Shown: positions 54,757 through 63,817 of the stretch, piece after piece
Numbering within the stretch: position 1 is the first letter of the stretch
Layout of the letters: the number at the start of each line of letters is the position of its first letter
Source: Solirubrobacterales bacterium
GTDB taxonomy: Bacteria; Actinomycetota; Thermoleophilia; Solirubrobacterales; 70-9
Length of the DNA: 64,000 nucleotides
Assembly: GCA_035712025.1 (NCBI GenBank)
Contig: DASTBO010000138.1
Span: forward strand, 4,935-68,934
Direction: 5' to 3'
The notes under the pieces: model-generated
Seen by the model: the letters and a program-made list of their open reading frames with translations, nothing else
What the model was told of the DNA's origin: nothing
Databases searched by the model: none
Program-made: the position numbers and the translations under genes

Positions 54757-55758
54757 CTAAGAAGTAGGAGCCTCGAGCCACTCGCGCATCGTCACGTGAT
54801 GCGCTCCGTGCTCGCCGCTCTCCAGCTCCGCGCGCAGGTCCCCGAGCGTGCCGTAGCGCTCGGCGACGACGTTGTGGCGGTGGATCGTCTCGAGGTTCTC
54901 CTGGCGGGCCATGACGAAGGTCTGGTCGGGCAGGTCGGTATAGCCCTCGACCACCTGGCGCAGCATCTCGCGCACGCAGTCCTCGACGAAGCGTGGGTGT
55001 TCGTGCGCCTTGACGACGACGGAGCGCTCGTCGGTGCGCTTCATCAGCTCGTAGATCTCCGAGCTCATCGAGCTCTCGACGATCCGCAGCAGCTCCGGCG
55101 CCTCGATCCAGGCCGGGCCGCCCTCGGGGCAGCCGACGTGGAGAGTGCCGATGCCGCGCTGGTTGTGGGTGGCGACCGGAACCAGCTCGAGGATCCGCTC
55201 GACCTCCTCCTCGCCGAACCCGTCGCCGGCGAGCCGGTCGCGGGCGAGGGCGGCGACCGCTTCCTGCGCGCAGGGGCAGGCGGTCATCCCCTGGGCCTCG
55301 ACCCCGGTCAGGGTGCGGACCCCGCGCTCGGAGGCGACGGCGGTGCCGTAGAGGACGTAGATCTCCTGGGTGCTCTTGCCGGTTTCCGGGGTCTGCACCG
55401 TCTCCGGGTAGCGCGCCGTGATCGAGACCTCGGCCCGCTCGCCGCCCTGGCGCTCGCGCACCTTACCGGCGACGTGGGCGGCCAACACCTCGGCTTTGAA
55501 GGCCTCGCCGAGGACGACCTCGTCGATCGCCTCGCCGACGATCTCCTCGAAGCGCGACATATGCACCCCCGCCTGCTGCGGGTTGAGGTCGACGAAGCAC
55601 TCGAAGCCGGCGTAGAAGAGGTTCTCGACGCCGTCGGTCTTGACCCGGATCACCTTCTCGACGCCGGTGACGCCGACCCGCGAGAGGCTCACCTGGGTGG
55701 CGGGAAGGCCGGCCTGGACGTCCGGAGTGGCTGGGGCGGCGGTCGACTGGCTGGCCAT
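54757..55758 (-). CDS. folE2: GTP cyclohydrolase FolE2/MptA family
   Basis: 333 aa; ..LSRVGVTGVEKVIRV..HMSRF..GMTACPCAQE.. typical type IB cyclohydrolase. Confidence 0.9.
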   Translation of the reverse strand: MASQSTAAPATPDVQAGLPATQVSLSRVGVTGVEKVIRVKTDGVENLFYAGFECFVDLNPQQAGVHMSRFEEIVGEAIDEVVLGEAFKAEVLAAHVAGKVRERQGGERAEVSITARYPETVQTPETGKSTQEIYVLYGTAVASERGVRTLTGVEAQGMTACPCAQEAVAALARDRLAGDGFGEEEVERILELVPVATHNQRGIGTLHVGCPEGGPAWIEAPELLRIVESSMSSEIYELMKRTDERSVVVKAHEHPRFVEDCVREMLRQVVEGYTDLPDQTFVMARQENLETIHRHNVVAERYGTLGDLRAELESGEHGAHHVTMREWLEAPTS

Positions 55759-55814
55759 CGGCTAACGAATAGTAAGCAACTCGGCTGTTCGGGCGTTGGA
55801 GAGTTTTTTCCGCC

Positions 55815-55820
55815 TATAAT
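55815..55820 (+). promoter_or_regulatory. candidate -10 box (TATAAT) upstream of the principal sigma factor gene
   Basis: Perfect TATAAT in an AT-richer stretch 39 nt before TTG 55859; no convincing -35. Confidence 0.3.
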
Positions 55821-55858
55821 TCGGCGCGGTCGGAGCGTCAGGGTCGGCCAGCGGGAGA

Positions 55859-57022
55859 TTGGGGAGAGGAAGCGGCGACGAAGTGAGCATCGAACCGTTG
55901 GATTCCGCGGCCGAGGTGATCGATCGCGATCAGGAGGAGAGCCCGATCGGCGAGATCGAGGAGCTTCAGGGCCTGGTCGCCCAGGGTCGCGAGCGCGGCT
56001 ATCTCACCTTCGAGCAGATCTCCTCGACACTCGAGGAGGTGGAGATCACCAAGGAGCAGGTCTCCCAGCTCCACGCCCACCTGGTCGAGCACGGGATCGA
56101 CGTCATCGCCGAGGACGGGGTCAGCGCTTACAAAGCGCAGCGCAGCGGCGAGAGTTCCGGTGCGGCCAAGAAGGAAGAGCTCGACCTGACCGTCGAGCCG
56201 AGCCTCGACTCGCTGCGGCTCTACCTGCGGGCGATCGGCCAGGTCGATCTGCTGACCGCGCAGCAGGAGGTCGAACTGGCGAAACGGATCGAGCGCGGCG
56301 ACATGCTCGCCAAGCGGCAGATGGTCGAGGCCAACCTGCGCCTCGTGGTCTCGATCGCGAAAGGCTATTTGGGCCGCGGCTTGAGCTTCCTCGACTTGAT
56401 CCAGGAGGGCTCGCTGGGGCTGATCCGCGCCGTGGAGAAGTTCGACTATCGCCGCGGCTACAAGTTCTCCACCTACGCGACCTGGTGGATCCGCCAGGCG
56501 GTGACCCGGGCGATCGCCGACAAGGCGCGAACGATCCGCATCCCGGTCCACATGGTCGAGAAGCTGAACCGGGTCGCCCACGTCGAACGCCAGCTGGTGC
56601 AGAAACTGGGTCGCGAGCCGGAGCCGGCCGAGATCGCAGAGGAGCTGCGCTGGCCGGTCTCCGACGTCCGCGACATCCTCCGCGTCGCCCAGCTGCCGGT
56701 CTCCCTGGAGAAACCGGTCGGCGACGAGGACGAATCGGAGCTGGGCGATTTCGTCGCCGACGACGCCGTGCTCGAGCCCTTCGAGGAAGCAAGCGAGCAT
56801 CTGCAGAAGGAGGGAGTGCAGAAAGCCCTGGCGGCGCTGCCCGACCGCGAGCGCCAGGTGATCGAACTTCGCTACGGCCTCTCCGGCACCGAGCCGCTCA
56901 CGCTCGAGGAAGTCGGCCGCACCTTCGGTGTGACCCGCGAGCGGATCCGCCAGATCGAGAACAACACGCTGAAGAAACTGAAGCGCCTCCCCGAGGCGCA
57001 GATGCTGCGCGAAGCTTCCTAG
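55859..57022 (+). CDS. sigA: principal (group 1) RNA polymerase sigma factor
   Basis: 387 aa; regions 1.2-4.2 (..[11 protein letters not shown].., ..[12 protein letters not shown].., ..[20 protein letters not shown]..). Start TTG 55859 or GTG 55883. Confidence 0.9.
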   Translation: MGRGSGDEVSIEPLDSAAEVIDRDQEESPIGEIEELQGLVAQGRERGYLTFEQISSTLEEVEITKEQVSQLHAHLVEHGIDVIAEDGVSAYKAQRSGESSGAAKKEELDLTVEPSLDSLRLYLRAIGQVDLLTAQQEVELAKRIERGDMLAKRQMVEANLRLVVSIAKGYLGRGLSFLDLIQEGSLGLIRAVEKFDYRRGYKFSTYATWWIRQAVTRAIADKARTIRIPVHMVEKLNRVAHVERQLVQKLGREPEPAEIAEELRWPVSDVRDILRVAQLPVSLEKPVGDEDESELGDFVADDAVLEPFEEASEHLQKEGVQKALAALPDRERQVIELRYGLSGTEPLTLEEVGRTFGVTRERIRQIENNTLKKLKRLPEAQMLREAS

Positions 57023-57477
57023 CGCGGCTCCAATACGAAGACGCCGACCTCGCGGTCGAGCTGCGACTCGTAGAAGTCCCAACCCTCGTACTGCTGCATG
57101 TGCCGGCGCCAGAGGTCGGCTCGCTCCTCGCCCTCGGCCAGGCGGGCCCGGACGCCGACCCGCCTGCGCCCCACCTCGACCTCGGCCTCGGGATTGGCTC
57201 GCAGGTTGAGCGACCAGGCCGGCGTCTTGTCGTTGCCGGCGTTGGTGTTGATGACGACGAAGCGCTCGCCGTCGGCGAGGTAGAGGACCGGCGCCGTCCG
57301 CTGCTGGCCGGACTTGCGGCCGGTGGTCGTCAGCAGCAGGATCGGCGCCCTGCCGAGCTTGCCGCCGACGCGCCCGCCGGTCAGCCGGTAGATCGGCGCG
57401 TTCAGCTTGCCGACCCGCCGCAGCCCGGTGGCGCCGAGGGAGTTCGAGAACCTGGACCAGAAACGATCGCTTGGCAT
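57019..57477 (-). CDS. deazaflavin(F420)-dependent nitroreductase-family protein (DUF385)
   Basis: ATG at 57477; ..[38 protein letters not shown].. signature. Confidence 0.8.
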   Translation of the reverse strand: MPSDRFWSRFSNSLGATGLRRVGKLNAPIYRLTGGRVGGKLGRAPILLLTTTGRKSGQQRTAPVLYLADGERFVVINTNAGNDKTPAWSLNLRANPEAEVEVGRRRVGVRARLAEGEERADLWRRHMQQYEGWDFYESQLDREVGVFVLEPR

Positions 57478-57513
57478 AGGCGCGAGTATCCCATCGGGGT
57501 ACAGTTGAGGCGA

Positions 57514-57894
57514 ATGGCCGGGCCGCATCCCTTCCGTCGCGCCGCCGAGAGCAAGGACCTCGACCTGCTCGCCGAGACGCTGCGCGAGGACGTCGTCCTC
57601 CACAGCCCGGTCCTCTTCCGCGGCTTCGAAGGCCGCGACACCGTCTCCGCCGTTCTCACCCACGTTGCGGCGACGCTGGAGAACTTCTCCTACACCAACG
57701 AGCTGACAGAGGGAGAGACCGTGGTCCTGCGCTTCAAGGCCACCGTCGGCGACCGCGAGCTGGAAGGCATCGACTTCCTCGAGCTCGACGAGGACGGCCG
57801 CGTCCGCGAGCTGACCGTCTTCATGCGCCCCTTCTCCGCGCTCAACGCCTTCAACGAACGGATGAAGGCCCGGCTCGAAGCGTCCGCGGGCTAG
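57514..57894 (+). CDS. NTF2/SnoaL-like small protein
   Basis: ATG at 57514 in the tail of a 1032-aa artefactual ORF; 126 aa ..DVVLHSPVLFRGFEGRD..GIDFLELDEDGRV.. Confidence 0.65.
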   Translation: MAGPHPFRRAAESKDLDLLAETLREDVVLHSPVLFRGFEGRDTVSAVLTHVAATLENFSYTNELTEGETVVLRFKATVGDRELEGIDFLELDEDGRVRELTVFMRPFSALNAFNERMKARLEASAG

Positions 57895-57919
57895 ACGTCG
57901 GTTTCCTGCGATCCTCCCG

Positions 57920-57925
57920 TAGAAT
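57920..57925 (+). promoter_or_regulatory. candidate -10 box (TAGAAT) for tRNA-Tyr
   Basis: TAGAAT 15 nt upstream of the mature tRNA 5' end. Confidence 0.35.
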
Positions 57926-57940
57926 CTCCGCTCCTTACTC

Positions 57941-58022
57941 GGGGGAGTGTCCGAGTGGTTAAAGGAGACGCGCTGTAAACGCGTTGGCTATGCCTACACA
58001 GGTTCGAATCCTGTCTCCCCCA
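57941..58022 (+). tRNA. tRNA-Tyr (anticodon GTA), class II long variable arm
   Basis: GGGGGAG..CTGTAAA..ACAGGTTCGAATCCTGTCTCCCCCA; architecture parallels bacterial tyrT; CCA not encoded. Confidence 0.9.
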
Positions 58023-58458
58023 CTGCCGCCGAAAGAACCGTTTCCGGTTTGTGCCATGGCCGGGCCGGTTCCACCTCGTGCTCCGAATACTTGGGACCGC
58101 CGAGGCTGATCCCGCTGCGACCGTTGACCTCAGTCGACGGGATGAACCAGCAGCGCCAGTCACCGACGACAACGAAGAGATAGTCGAACCGAGCCTCTTC
58201 GAGGCGCTTGATGATCCCGTTCCAGCTTTGGTTGCCGCCCCGCGTACAGGTTGCGACGACCCATCGCTTCCTCTGCCAGCAGGTGGAAGTCTTGACCTGG
58301 ATGCGAAGGAGCTTGCCATCCCGTTGCGCGAGCAGATCACAGTCGGGGCTGTGGCCAAAGGGAATCCAAACTCCGTACCCCTGCTGCATCAACCAGGCGG
58401 CAGCGATGCCCTCGCCGATATCTCCTTGCCTACGTGGATTTAGCTGTCGAAGGTCCAT
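57994..58458 (-). CDS. PD-(D/E)xK nuclease-superfamily protein (Hjc/group-I-intron-endonuclease-like)
   Basis: ATG at 58458; GDIGEGIAAAWLMQQGYGVWIPFGHSPDCDLLAQRDGKLLRIQVKTS core; its last 29 nt overlap the 3' end of tRNA-Tyr; visibly lower GC than the surroundings. Confidence 0.7.
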   Translation of the reverse strand: MDLRQLNPRRQGDIGEGIAAAWLMQQGYGVWIPFGHSPDCDLLAQRDGKLLRIQVKTSTCWQRKRWVVATCTRGGNQSWNGIIKRLEEARFDYLFVVVGDWRCWFIPSTEVNGRSGISLGGPKYSEHEVEPARPWHKPETVLSAAVGETGFEPV

Positions 58459-58535
58459 GCCAAAAGCATTGCACCCGGCGCAGACAGAAACGTTCACTCA
58501 GGGATCCCGATCTGATCAGTTGAAAGGATGTCGGG

Positions 58536-59246
58536 ATGCTCGATGACCGCGTCATCGCGATCGCCGGGGTGGGGGGCGGCCTGGGGCCGCTCGTCGCCGA
58601 GCGGCTCGCGGCTGCGGGCGCCACCGTCGCCGGCGCCGGTCGCGATCGGGACGCGCTCGACGCTCTCGCCGCCGACCTCGATCTTCCCGCCGAGCGCTGG
58701 GACGGCCGCGCCGTCGACCTGCTCGACGAGGACGCCGCCCGCGGCTGGCGCGAGGCGCTGGTCGAGCGGTTCGGGCGGGTGGACGGGCTGGTCCACCTGG
58801 TCGGGGGCTGGCGCGGCGGGCAGCCGCTGCAGGAGGCGCCGCTCGGCGACTGGGCGCTGCTGCATAACCTCCTCGTCCGCACCGTCCAGCACACCACCCG
58901 CGCCTTCCACGACCAGCTCGCCGCCAGCCCGCACGGCCGCTTCGTCCTCGTCTCCTCCAAGCAGGCGCAGGCGCCGACCGCCACCAACGCCGCCTACGCA
59001 GCCGCCAAGGCCGCCGCCGAGGCCTGGACCCTCGCTCTCGCCGACGGGTTCGAAGGCAGCGCCGCGACCGCCAACATCCTCGTCGTCGACGCGATCCTCA
59101 CTCCCCAGATGCGCGCCGAGGAGCCCGACAAGGAGTTCCCGACCTTCACCCCCGCCGAGGACATCGCCGACGGCATCGCATTCCTCTGCTCGGACGCGGC
59201 GAAGAAGATGAACGGGCAGCGCTTCCCGCTTACCATGGGCAGATGA
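58536..59246 (+). CDS. short-chain dehydrogenase/reductase family protein
   Basis: 236 aa; IAGVGGGLG Rossmann motif, YAAAKAA catalytic YxxxK. Confidence 0.85.
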   Translation: MLDDRVIAIAGVGGGLGPLVAERLAAAGATVAGAGRDRDALDALAADLDLPAERWDGRAVDLLDEDAARGWREALVERFGRVDGLVHLVGGWRGGQPLQEAPLGDWALLHNLLVRTVQHTTRAFHDQLAASPHGRFVLVSSKQAQAPTATNAAYAAAKAAAEAWTLALADGFEGSAATANILVVDAILTPQMRAEEPDKEFPTFTPAEDIADGIAFLCSDAAKKMNGQRFPLTMGR

Positions 59247-60049
59247 GCAGCCGCAAAGGGCGGAACGCCAAGCCCGACGGCAAGATGACGATCGGGGAGC
59301 TGGCGCGGCGGACGGGAATGACGATCCGCAACATCCGCGCCCACCAGACGCGCGGCTTGCTGCCGCCGCCCGAGGTCCATGGCCGCACCGGCTACTACAA
59401 CGAGGACCACGTCGCCCGGATCGAGCTGACCCGGGAAATGCAGGCCGAGGGCCTCAACCTCGAGGCGATCCGCCGCGTGCTGGAGAGCAGCGAGGGCTCC
59501 TCCCGCGAGATGGTCGACTTCGCCCGCGCGGTGCGCGCCCCCTTCGAGGACGAGACGCCGGAAATCTTCGACGCCGAGGAGCTCGCCGCCGCCTGGGGCG
59601 TCGAGCGGTTCGACCCCAAGCTCCTCGCCCGCACCGAACAGCTCGGCATCCTGCGTCAGCTTCCCGACGGCAAGGTCGAGGTGATCAGCCCCCGCCTGCA
59701 GCGGGCCGGGACGGCGCTGGTCGAGCTCGGCGTCTCGCCCCAGGCGGCGGTCGAGACCGCCGAGCAGCTGCGCCGCTCCTCCGAGAAGGTCTCGCGCACC
59801 TTCGTCGAGCTCTTCGTCCGCGAGATCTGGGAGCCGTTCGACAAGGCCGGCCGGCCGGAGGAGGACTGGCCGAAGGTGCGCGAGGCGCTGGACCGGATGC
59901 GCCCGCTCGCCTCCGACGCGCTGCTGGCGATGTTCCAGATCACGATGGGCGAGTCGACCGAGAAAGCCGGCGAACGAACCCTCCGCGACGCGGCCAAGCC
60001 GGCCGGCAAGCGACGCCGCAAGCGCAGCTCCTCTAGCCGCCGATCGTGA
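59243..60049 (+). CDS. MerR-family transcriptional regulator (paralogue of 46404-47171)
   Basis: 268 aa; ATGA overlap with the SDR stop; MTIGELARRTGMTIRNIRAHQTRGLLPPP..GYYNEDHVARI; basic C-terminal tail. Confidence 0.85.
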   Translation: MSSRKGRNAKPDGKMTIGELARRTGMTIRNIRAHQTRGLLPPPEVHGRTGYYNEDHVARIELTREMQAEGLNLEAIRRVLESSEGSSREMVDFARAVRAPFEDETPEIFDAEELAAAWGVERFDPKLLARTEQLGILRQLPDGKVEVISPRLQRAGTALVELGVSPQAAVETAEQLRRSSEKVSRTFVELFVREIWEPFDKAGRPEEDWPKVREALDRMRPLASDALLAMFQITMGESTEKAGERTLRDAAKPAGKRRRKRSSSSRRS

Positions 60050-60749
60050 AGCGCCGCCGCAGCGGCTTCGACTCGTTCGCCGCTTCGTCGGTCGCCCGCA
60101 GCACCGCCAGATAGCGCCCCGGGCGCGCCCGGAAGTGCTTGCCCCGCGCCCCCAGGCGCAGGTGGTTGATCCCGATGAACGCCTTCCAGGTCTCGAACCC
60201 GTTGTAGACGCGCCTGCCCTTCGAGTTGAAGCGGTAGTACTCGGCGTCGAGGCTGCCGCGCTCGGAGACCTGGACGCTGAAGTCGAGCCCGCCGCGGCCG
60301 TTCGCATGCCGCTTCGGCATCGAGACCGACCCCAGCGTCGGCGCCTTCAGGTCGAGGTTGAGCGGCGGCTGCGGTCCGGGGTCCGAGTTGGGGTCGCCCG
60401 GCACGGCGGAGACGATCACCTCGCCCCGCACCGCCGCGTGCAGCTTGCACTGGAAGAGGTACTCGCCGGGCTGGGAGAACTGCAGCGTGAAGCTGTCGCC
60501 GGCGCGATGGGCGGGAGCATCGGTGCCGGGATCGGAGTCCCACTGCAGGTCGTTGGCGGAGATCCCGGTGACCGAGTGCGCCAGGTCGGGCCCGAGCCAG
60601 TCCCAGGTCACCTTCTCGCCGAGGTCGACCCGGACCTGCGGCTGCGACCAGGCGTAGTTGGCGATCGAGACCCGCGTGTTGGCCGCGCCGGCCCCGGCGG
60701 GGAGGAGGAAGAGGACCGCCGCCGCGGCGCCTAGGAGACGAGGTACCAA
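60033..60749 (-). CDS. secreted cupredoxin-domain protein with C-terminal Ig-like domain
   Basis: TTG at 60749 within the 563-aa track ORF; signal-like LLGAAAAVLFLLPAGAGA; DLAHSV..FQCKLH copper-ligand-like motif; overlaps the MCO stop by 19 nt. Confidence 0.7.
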   Translation of the reverse strand: MVPRLLGAAAAVLFLLPAGAGAANTRVSIANYAWSQPQVRVDLGEKVTWDWLGPDLAHSVTGISANDLQWDSDPGTDAPAHRAGDSFTLQFSQPGEYLFQCKLHAAVRGEVIVSAVPGDPNSDPGPQPPLNLDLKAPTLGSVSMPKRHANGRGGLDFSVQVSERGSLDAEYYRFNSKGRRVYNGFETWKAFIGINHLRLGARGKHFRARPGRYLAVLRATDEAANESKPLRRRFTIGG

Positions 60750-61783
60750 CCGTTCATCCCCTGGTGCAGGTGCTGGAAGACGTGGCAGTGGTAGAACCAG
60801 CGACCCGGGTTGTCCTCGACCAGCTCGAACGAGAACGAGTCCGCCGGCCCGAAGGTCCGGTTGTCGACGATCCGCCCGTCGGGTTCGCTCCAGCGGTGGC
60901 CGTGCAGGTGGAAGGTGTGGAAGAAGTTGTCGATCCCGTAGACGTGGAAGCGGACCCGCTGCCCGACCCGCGCTTCCAGGGTCGGCGTGTTGCCGGCGTA
61001 GGCCTTGCCGTTGACGCAGTAGTAGGTGCCGCGCAGCCCGGTGATCGAGGGGTCGAAGGTGTGGAAGGCGAGGAAGAACTCGGCCTCCGGTCGCGCTTCC
61101 CCCCTGGCGCGGATCACCAGCGGCCCGAACAGTCCCTTGAACACCGGCAGCGGGTCCATCGGCCCGTGGTCGTGGTAGAGCCAGGTTCCCTCGGTCCCTT
61201 CGTGGGCCTCCCAGACGTAGGTGAAGGTCCGGTTCCTCTGCACGAAGCCCCCCGGGTCGGTCCACTTGCCCTTGTAGGCGCCGTCCATCTCGTTGGCGTA
61301 GAAGATCCCGTGCGGGTGGATCGTGACCGGCGCCTGCAGCTTGTTGCGGAAGTGGACGACGACCGTGTCGCCGACTTCGGCCTCGATCAGCGGCCCCGGC
61401 ACCGTCGCCCTGCCCAGCGGGGTCTCGAAGCCGGCCGAGTAGAGCCGGTAGCCGTAGGCGCCGAACTTCGTCTTCCCCTTCACCTTCTGGGCCATCATCT
61501 GGTCGCGGTGGGTGGGGACGATGTCCCACTCGACCGGCTCGGCCGCGATCCAGTACTCGCGGGCCTGGCCGCCGGTCGGCAGCGCCGCCAGGCGCCGCGT
61601 CCCCGCATCTTCGCCACGCCACTCCGCCGCGGCGACCCTCGGTGGCACCTTGAGCTGCCGCGAGAGCCCCTCGACGTCGATCTCGCCCTGGTCGGTGGCC
61701 ACCTCCTGGCCGGCGATCGTGCACAGCAGCGCCCCGCCGGAGAGGGCCAGGAACCCCCGCCGGTCGATCGGATCCGGAGCCAT
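60731..61783 (-). CDS. two-domain multicopper oxidase (small laccase-like), Tat-exported
   Basis: 350 aa; RRGFLALSGG twin-arginine signal; copper motifs HPHG, HDHG, HTFHLHGHRW, HCHVFQHLHQGM. Confidence 0.9.
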   Translation of the reverse strand: MAPDPIDRRGFLALSGGALLCTIAGQEVATDQGEIDVEGLSRQLKVPPRVAAAEWRGEDAGTRRLAALPTGGQAREYWIAAEPVEWDIVPTHRDQMMAQKVKGKTKFGAYGYRLYSAGFETPLGRATVPGPLIEAEVGDTVVVHFRNKLQAPVTIHPHGIFYANEMDGAYKGKWTDPGGFVQRNRTFTYVWEAHEGTEGTWLYHDHGPMDPLPVFKGLFGPLVIRARGEARPEAEFFLAFHTFDPSITGLRGTYYCVNGKAYAGNTPTLEARVGQRVRFHVYGIDNFFHTFHLHGHRWSEPDGRIVDNRTFGPADSFSFELVEDNPGRWFYHCHVFQHLHQGMNGWYLVS

Positions 61784-61787
61784 GGCG

Positions 61788-62177
61788 CTACCGCTTGACG
61801 GTCACGGTCATCCGCATTTCCGAGGGATGCACCGTGCAGATGAACTTGTACGTTCCGGGCAGTTCGAAGGTCCGCTGGAAGCTGGCTTCGGTCACAGCCG
61901 TCGTCGTGGTCGAGAACCGCCCCTTGTTCTTCAGACCCTTCGGCCCCTGCTTCAGGTGGACGTCGTGGGGATAGGCGTTGTAGCTGGACCAGACCCACTT
62001 CACCGCCCGCCCCTGCTTGATCGCCACCGAGGCGGGGGCGAAGTAGAAGTCGTTGACGGTCACCTTCACCGGCGGCTTCTTCGGCGCCTGCGCCTGCGCC
62101 GCGGCCACCCCCGAGAGGGCGGCCGCGGCGGCGCAGAGGACGACGGTCAAGGTGCGGAGCCTCCTCGCGCCCCTCAT
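61788..62177 (-). CDS. secreted plastocyanin/amicyanin-like cupredoxin
   Basis: ATG at 62177 (ATGA overlap with the upstream gene); signal peptide; type-1 Cu ligands YPHDVH .. CTVHPSEM. Confidence 0.8.
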   Translation of the reverse strand: MRGARRLRTLTVVLCAAAAALSGVAAAQAQAPKKPPVKVTVNDFYFAPASVAIKQGRAVKWVWSSYNAYPHDVHLKQGPKGLKNKGRFSTTTTAVTEASFQRTFELPGTYKFICTVHPSEMRMTVTVKR

Positions 62178-63715
62178 CCGCAGACCACCTCGCCAGGCAG
62201 CGGCGCCACCTCGACCGGCTTGAACCTCTCGAACGCCGGATGCGCGGCGACCCGCCTGACCCAGCTGCATTCCTGCTTCTGCGGCGGGTTGGAGCTGGCG
62301 TAGCCGAGGATCGTCTTCGGGTCGCTTTCGTCGCCGAGGTTGATCTGCAGCCCGGCCACGATGTCGAGGCTGCGGACCTGGTCGGCGAGGACTTCGGCCT
62401 GCGGGCAGGCCGGGTAGATCTGGCTCGGCGGCAGTTTGCCGTTCCCCGGCGCGAACGTCGCGTTGGCGCTGTTCGCGCTCCAGCAGTTGCCGCCCCCGGT
62501 GGCGTCGTTCCAGAAGTCGAATTCGCCGTTGGGATCGGCGCCTTCGCGACCCATCGTGTTTTCGACGATCCGGTTGTTGATGTTCTTGGCGTCGTCGCCC
62601 TCGTTGGCGACGAAGACTTCGCCCGGACCCGAGAAGGAGGCGACCCCCCACTTGTAGTTGCCGAAGACGTTGTTCTTCCTGACGACGTTCCCGGCGCCGC
62701 CGTAGAGGACGATTCCGACCCCCGTCGGGTAGTTGACGGTCGCACCCGCGACCTGGCCGAGCCCGCCCGAGACGGTGTGGAATTTCGAGCCGGCGAGGAA
62801 GTAGTCGTAGTTGTTCCAGAACACGTCGTTGCGTTCGAACACGTTCCACCCGTTCGGCTCGACTCCCTCGCTGTCGAGCGTGTTGGGAACTATCCCCGCC
62901 CCGTTGTTGTAGAAGGCGGATTCGACGATCTTCACGTACTTCGAGTTCGTCCCCGAGTAGCCGAGGACGTTTTCGTAGCTGCGGACGTTCTTCAGCAGCG
63001 TCCACTTCGGCTTGCGCTGGCAGGGCGCCGGCGGCGGCGCGACGCCGTGGTTGGTCCAGGCCTTCGAGTCGCACGGCGTTTCGCCGACGTAGAAGGCCGA
63101 GTCGCCGTGGTGGTACCCGGCCGAGTTGGTCATCTTGCCGCCGTAGCAGTACTTCGCGAACAGGCCGTAGGAGCGGTTGGCCGAGGCGAGCAGGTTGTTC
63201 ATCTCGTAGCCGTCGCAGCGCTGGCCGCCTTCGTTCGCGGCGTGGATGAAGAACCCGTTCGACTGGTAGTTGCGAGCCCACATGTTTTCCAGCACGAGCC
63301 CGTCGACGCTGATCGCCTCGATCCCGTTCTGCGCGGCCCCCAGCTCGCCCTTCGCGTTCCTGCCCTCGAGGACGACCTTCTTGCGGTCCTTCTTCGTCCC
63401 CTTGATCGTCAGGTCGTCGAAGCTCTTCTTGCGCAGGGTGCCGTCGAGGACGACGCCTTCGACGTACTTGCCGGGGCGCACCGCGACCACGGCCTTCACC
63501 TTCGCGTTGCCCTTCCTGCCCTTGAACGAGCCGGCGGCGTCGACCGCCTTCTGGATCGTCCGGTACCGGCAGCCGTGCTTGCAGACTTCGAAGGTCTTCG
63601 CCTTCGCCTGCTGCTTCTTCTGCCCGTCCTTGCCGGCCATCGCCGGGGCGGCCAGCGCGCCGAGCAGGGCGCAGAGCCCGAGGACGAGAAGAGGGACCGC
63701 CAGCCTGTGCTTCAT
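62174..63715 (-). CDS. secreted right-handed parallel beta-helix repeat protein (NosD-like), Cys-rich
   Basis: 513 aa; Sec signal LLVLGLCALLGALAAPAMA; repeated ..N.v.eN..../G.G.. beta-helix turns (NNGAGIV, GAGNVVRKNNVFGN, NNRIVENT). Confidence 0.8.
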   Translation of the reverse strand: MKHRLAVPLLVLGLCALLGALAAPAMAGKDGQKKQQAKAKTFEVCKHGCRYRTIQKAVDAAGSFKGRKGNAKVKAVVAVRPGKYVEGVVLDGTLRKKSFDDLTIKGTKKDRKKVVLEGRNAKGELGAAQNGIEAISVDGLVLENMWARNYQSNGFFIHAANEGGQRCDGYEMNNLLASANRSYGLFAKYCYGGKMTNSAGYHHGDSAFYVGETPCDSKAWTNHGVAPPPAPCQRKPKWTLLKNVRSYENVLGYSGTNSKYVKIVESAFYNNGAGIVPNTLDSEGVEPNGWNVFERNDVFWNNYDYFLAGSKFHTVSGGLGQVAGATVNYPTGVGIVLYGGAGNVVRKNNVFGNYKWGVASFSGPGEVFVANEGDDAKNINNRIVENTMGREGADPNGEFDFWNDATGGGNCWSANSANATFAPGNGKLPPSQIYPACPQAEVLADQVRSLDIVAGLQINLGDESDPKTILGYASSNPPQKQECSWVRRVAAHPAFERFKPVEVAPLPGEVVCG

Positions 63716-63817
63716 ATCGCTCCTTGCAGCGTCGTTTTGCCTTCGACCCTGCCTCCCAGCGGGCGCAACCGAGCCGGGCCCCTTCCCGGCAGATGAAGCC
63801 TAGCGGAGCCTGGCCGC

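Noticed and set aside
58023-58540. attL/attR direct repeat of the tRNA-Tyr 3' end delimiting the low-GC islet.
   Set aside because: No second copy of the tRNA 3'-terminal sequence is visible within the window, so the island boundaries remain undefined.
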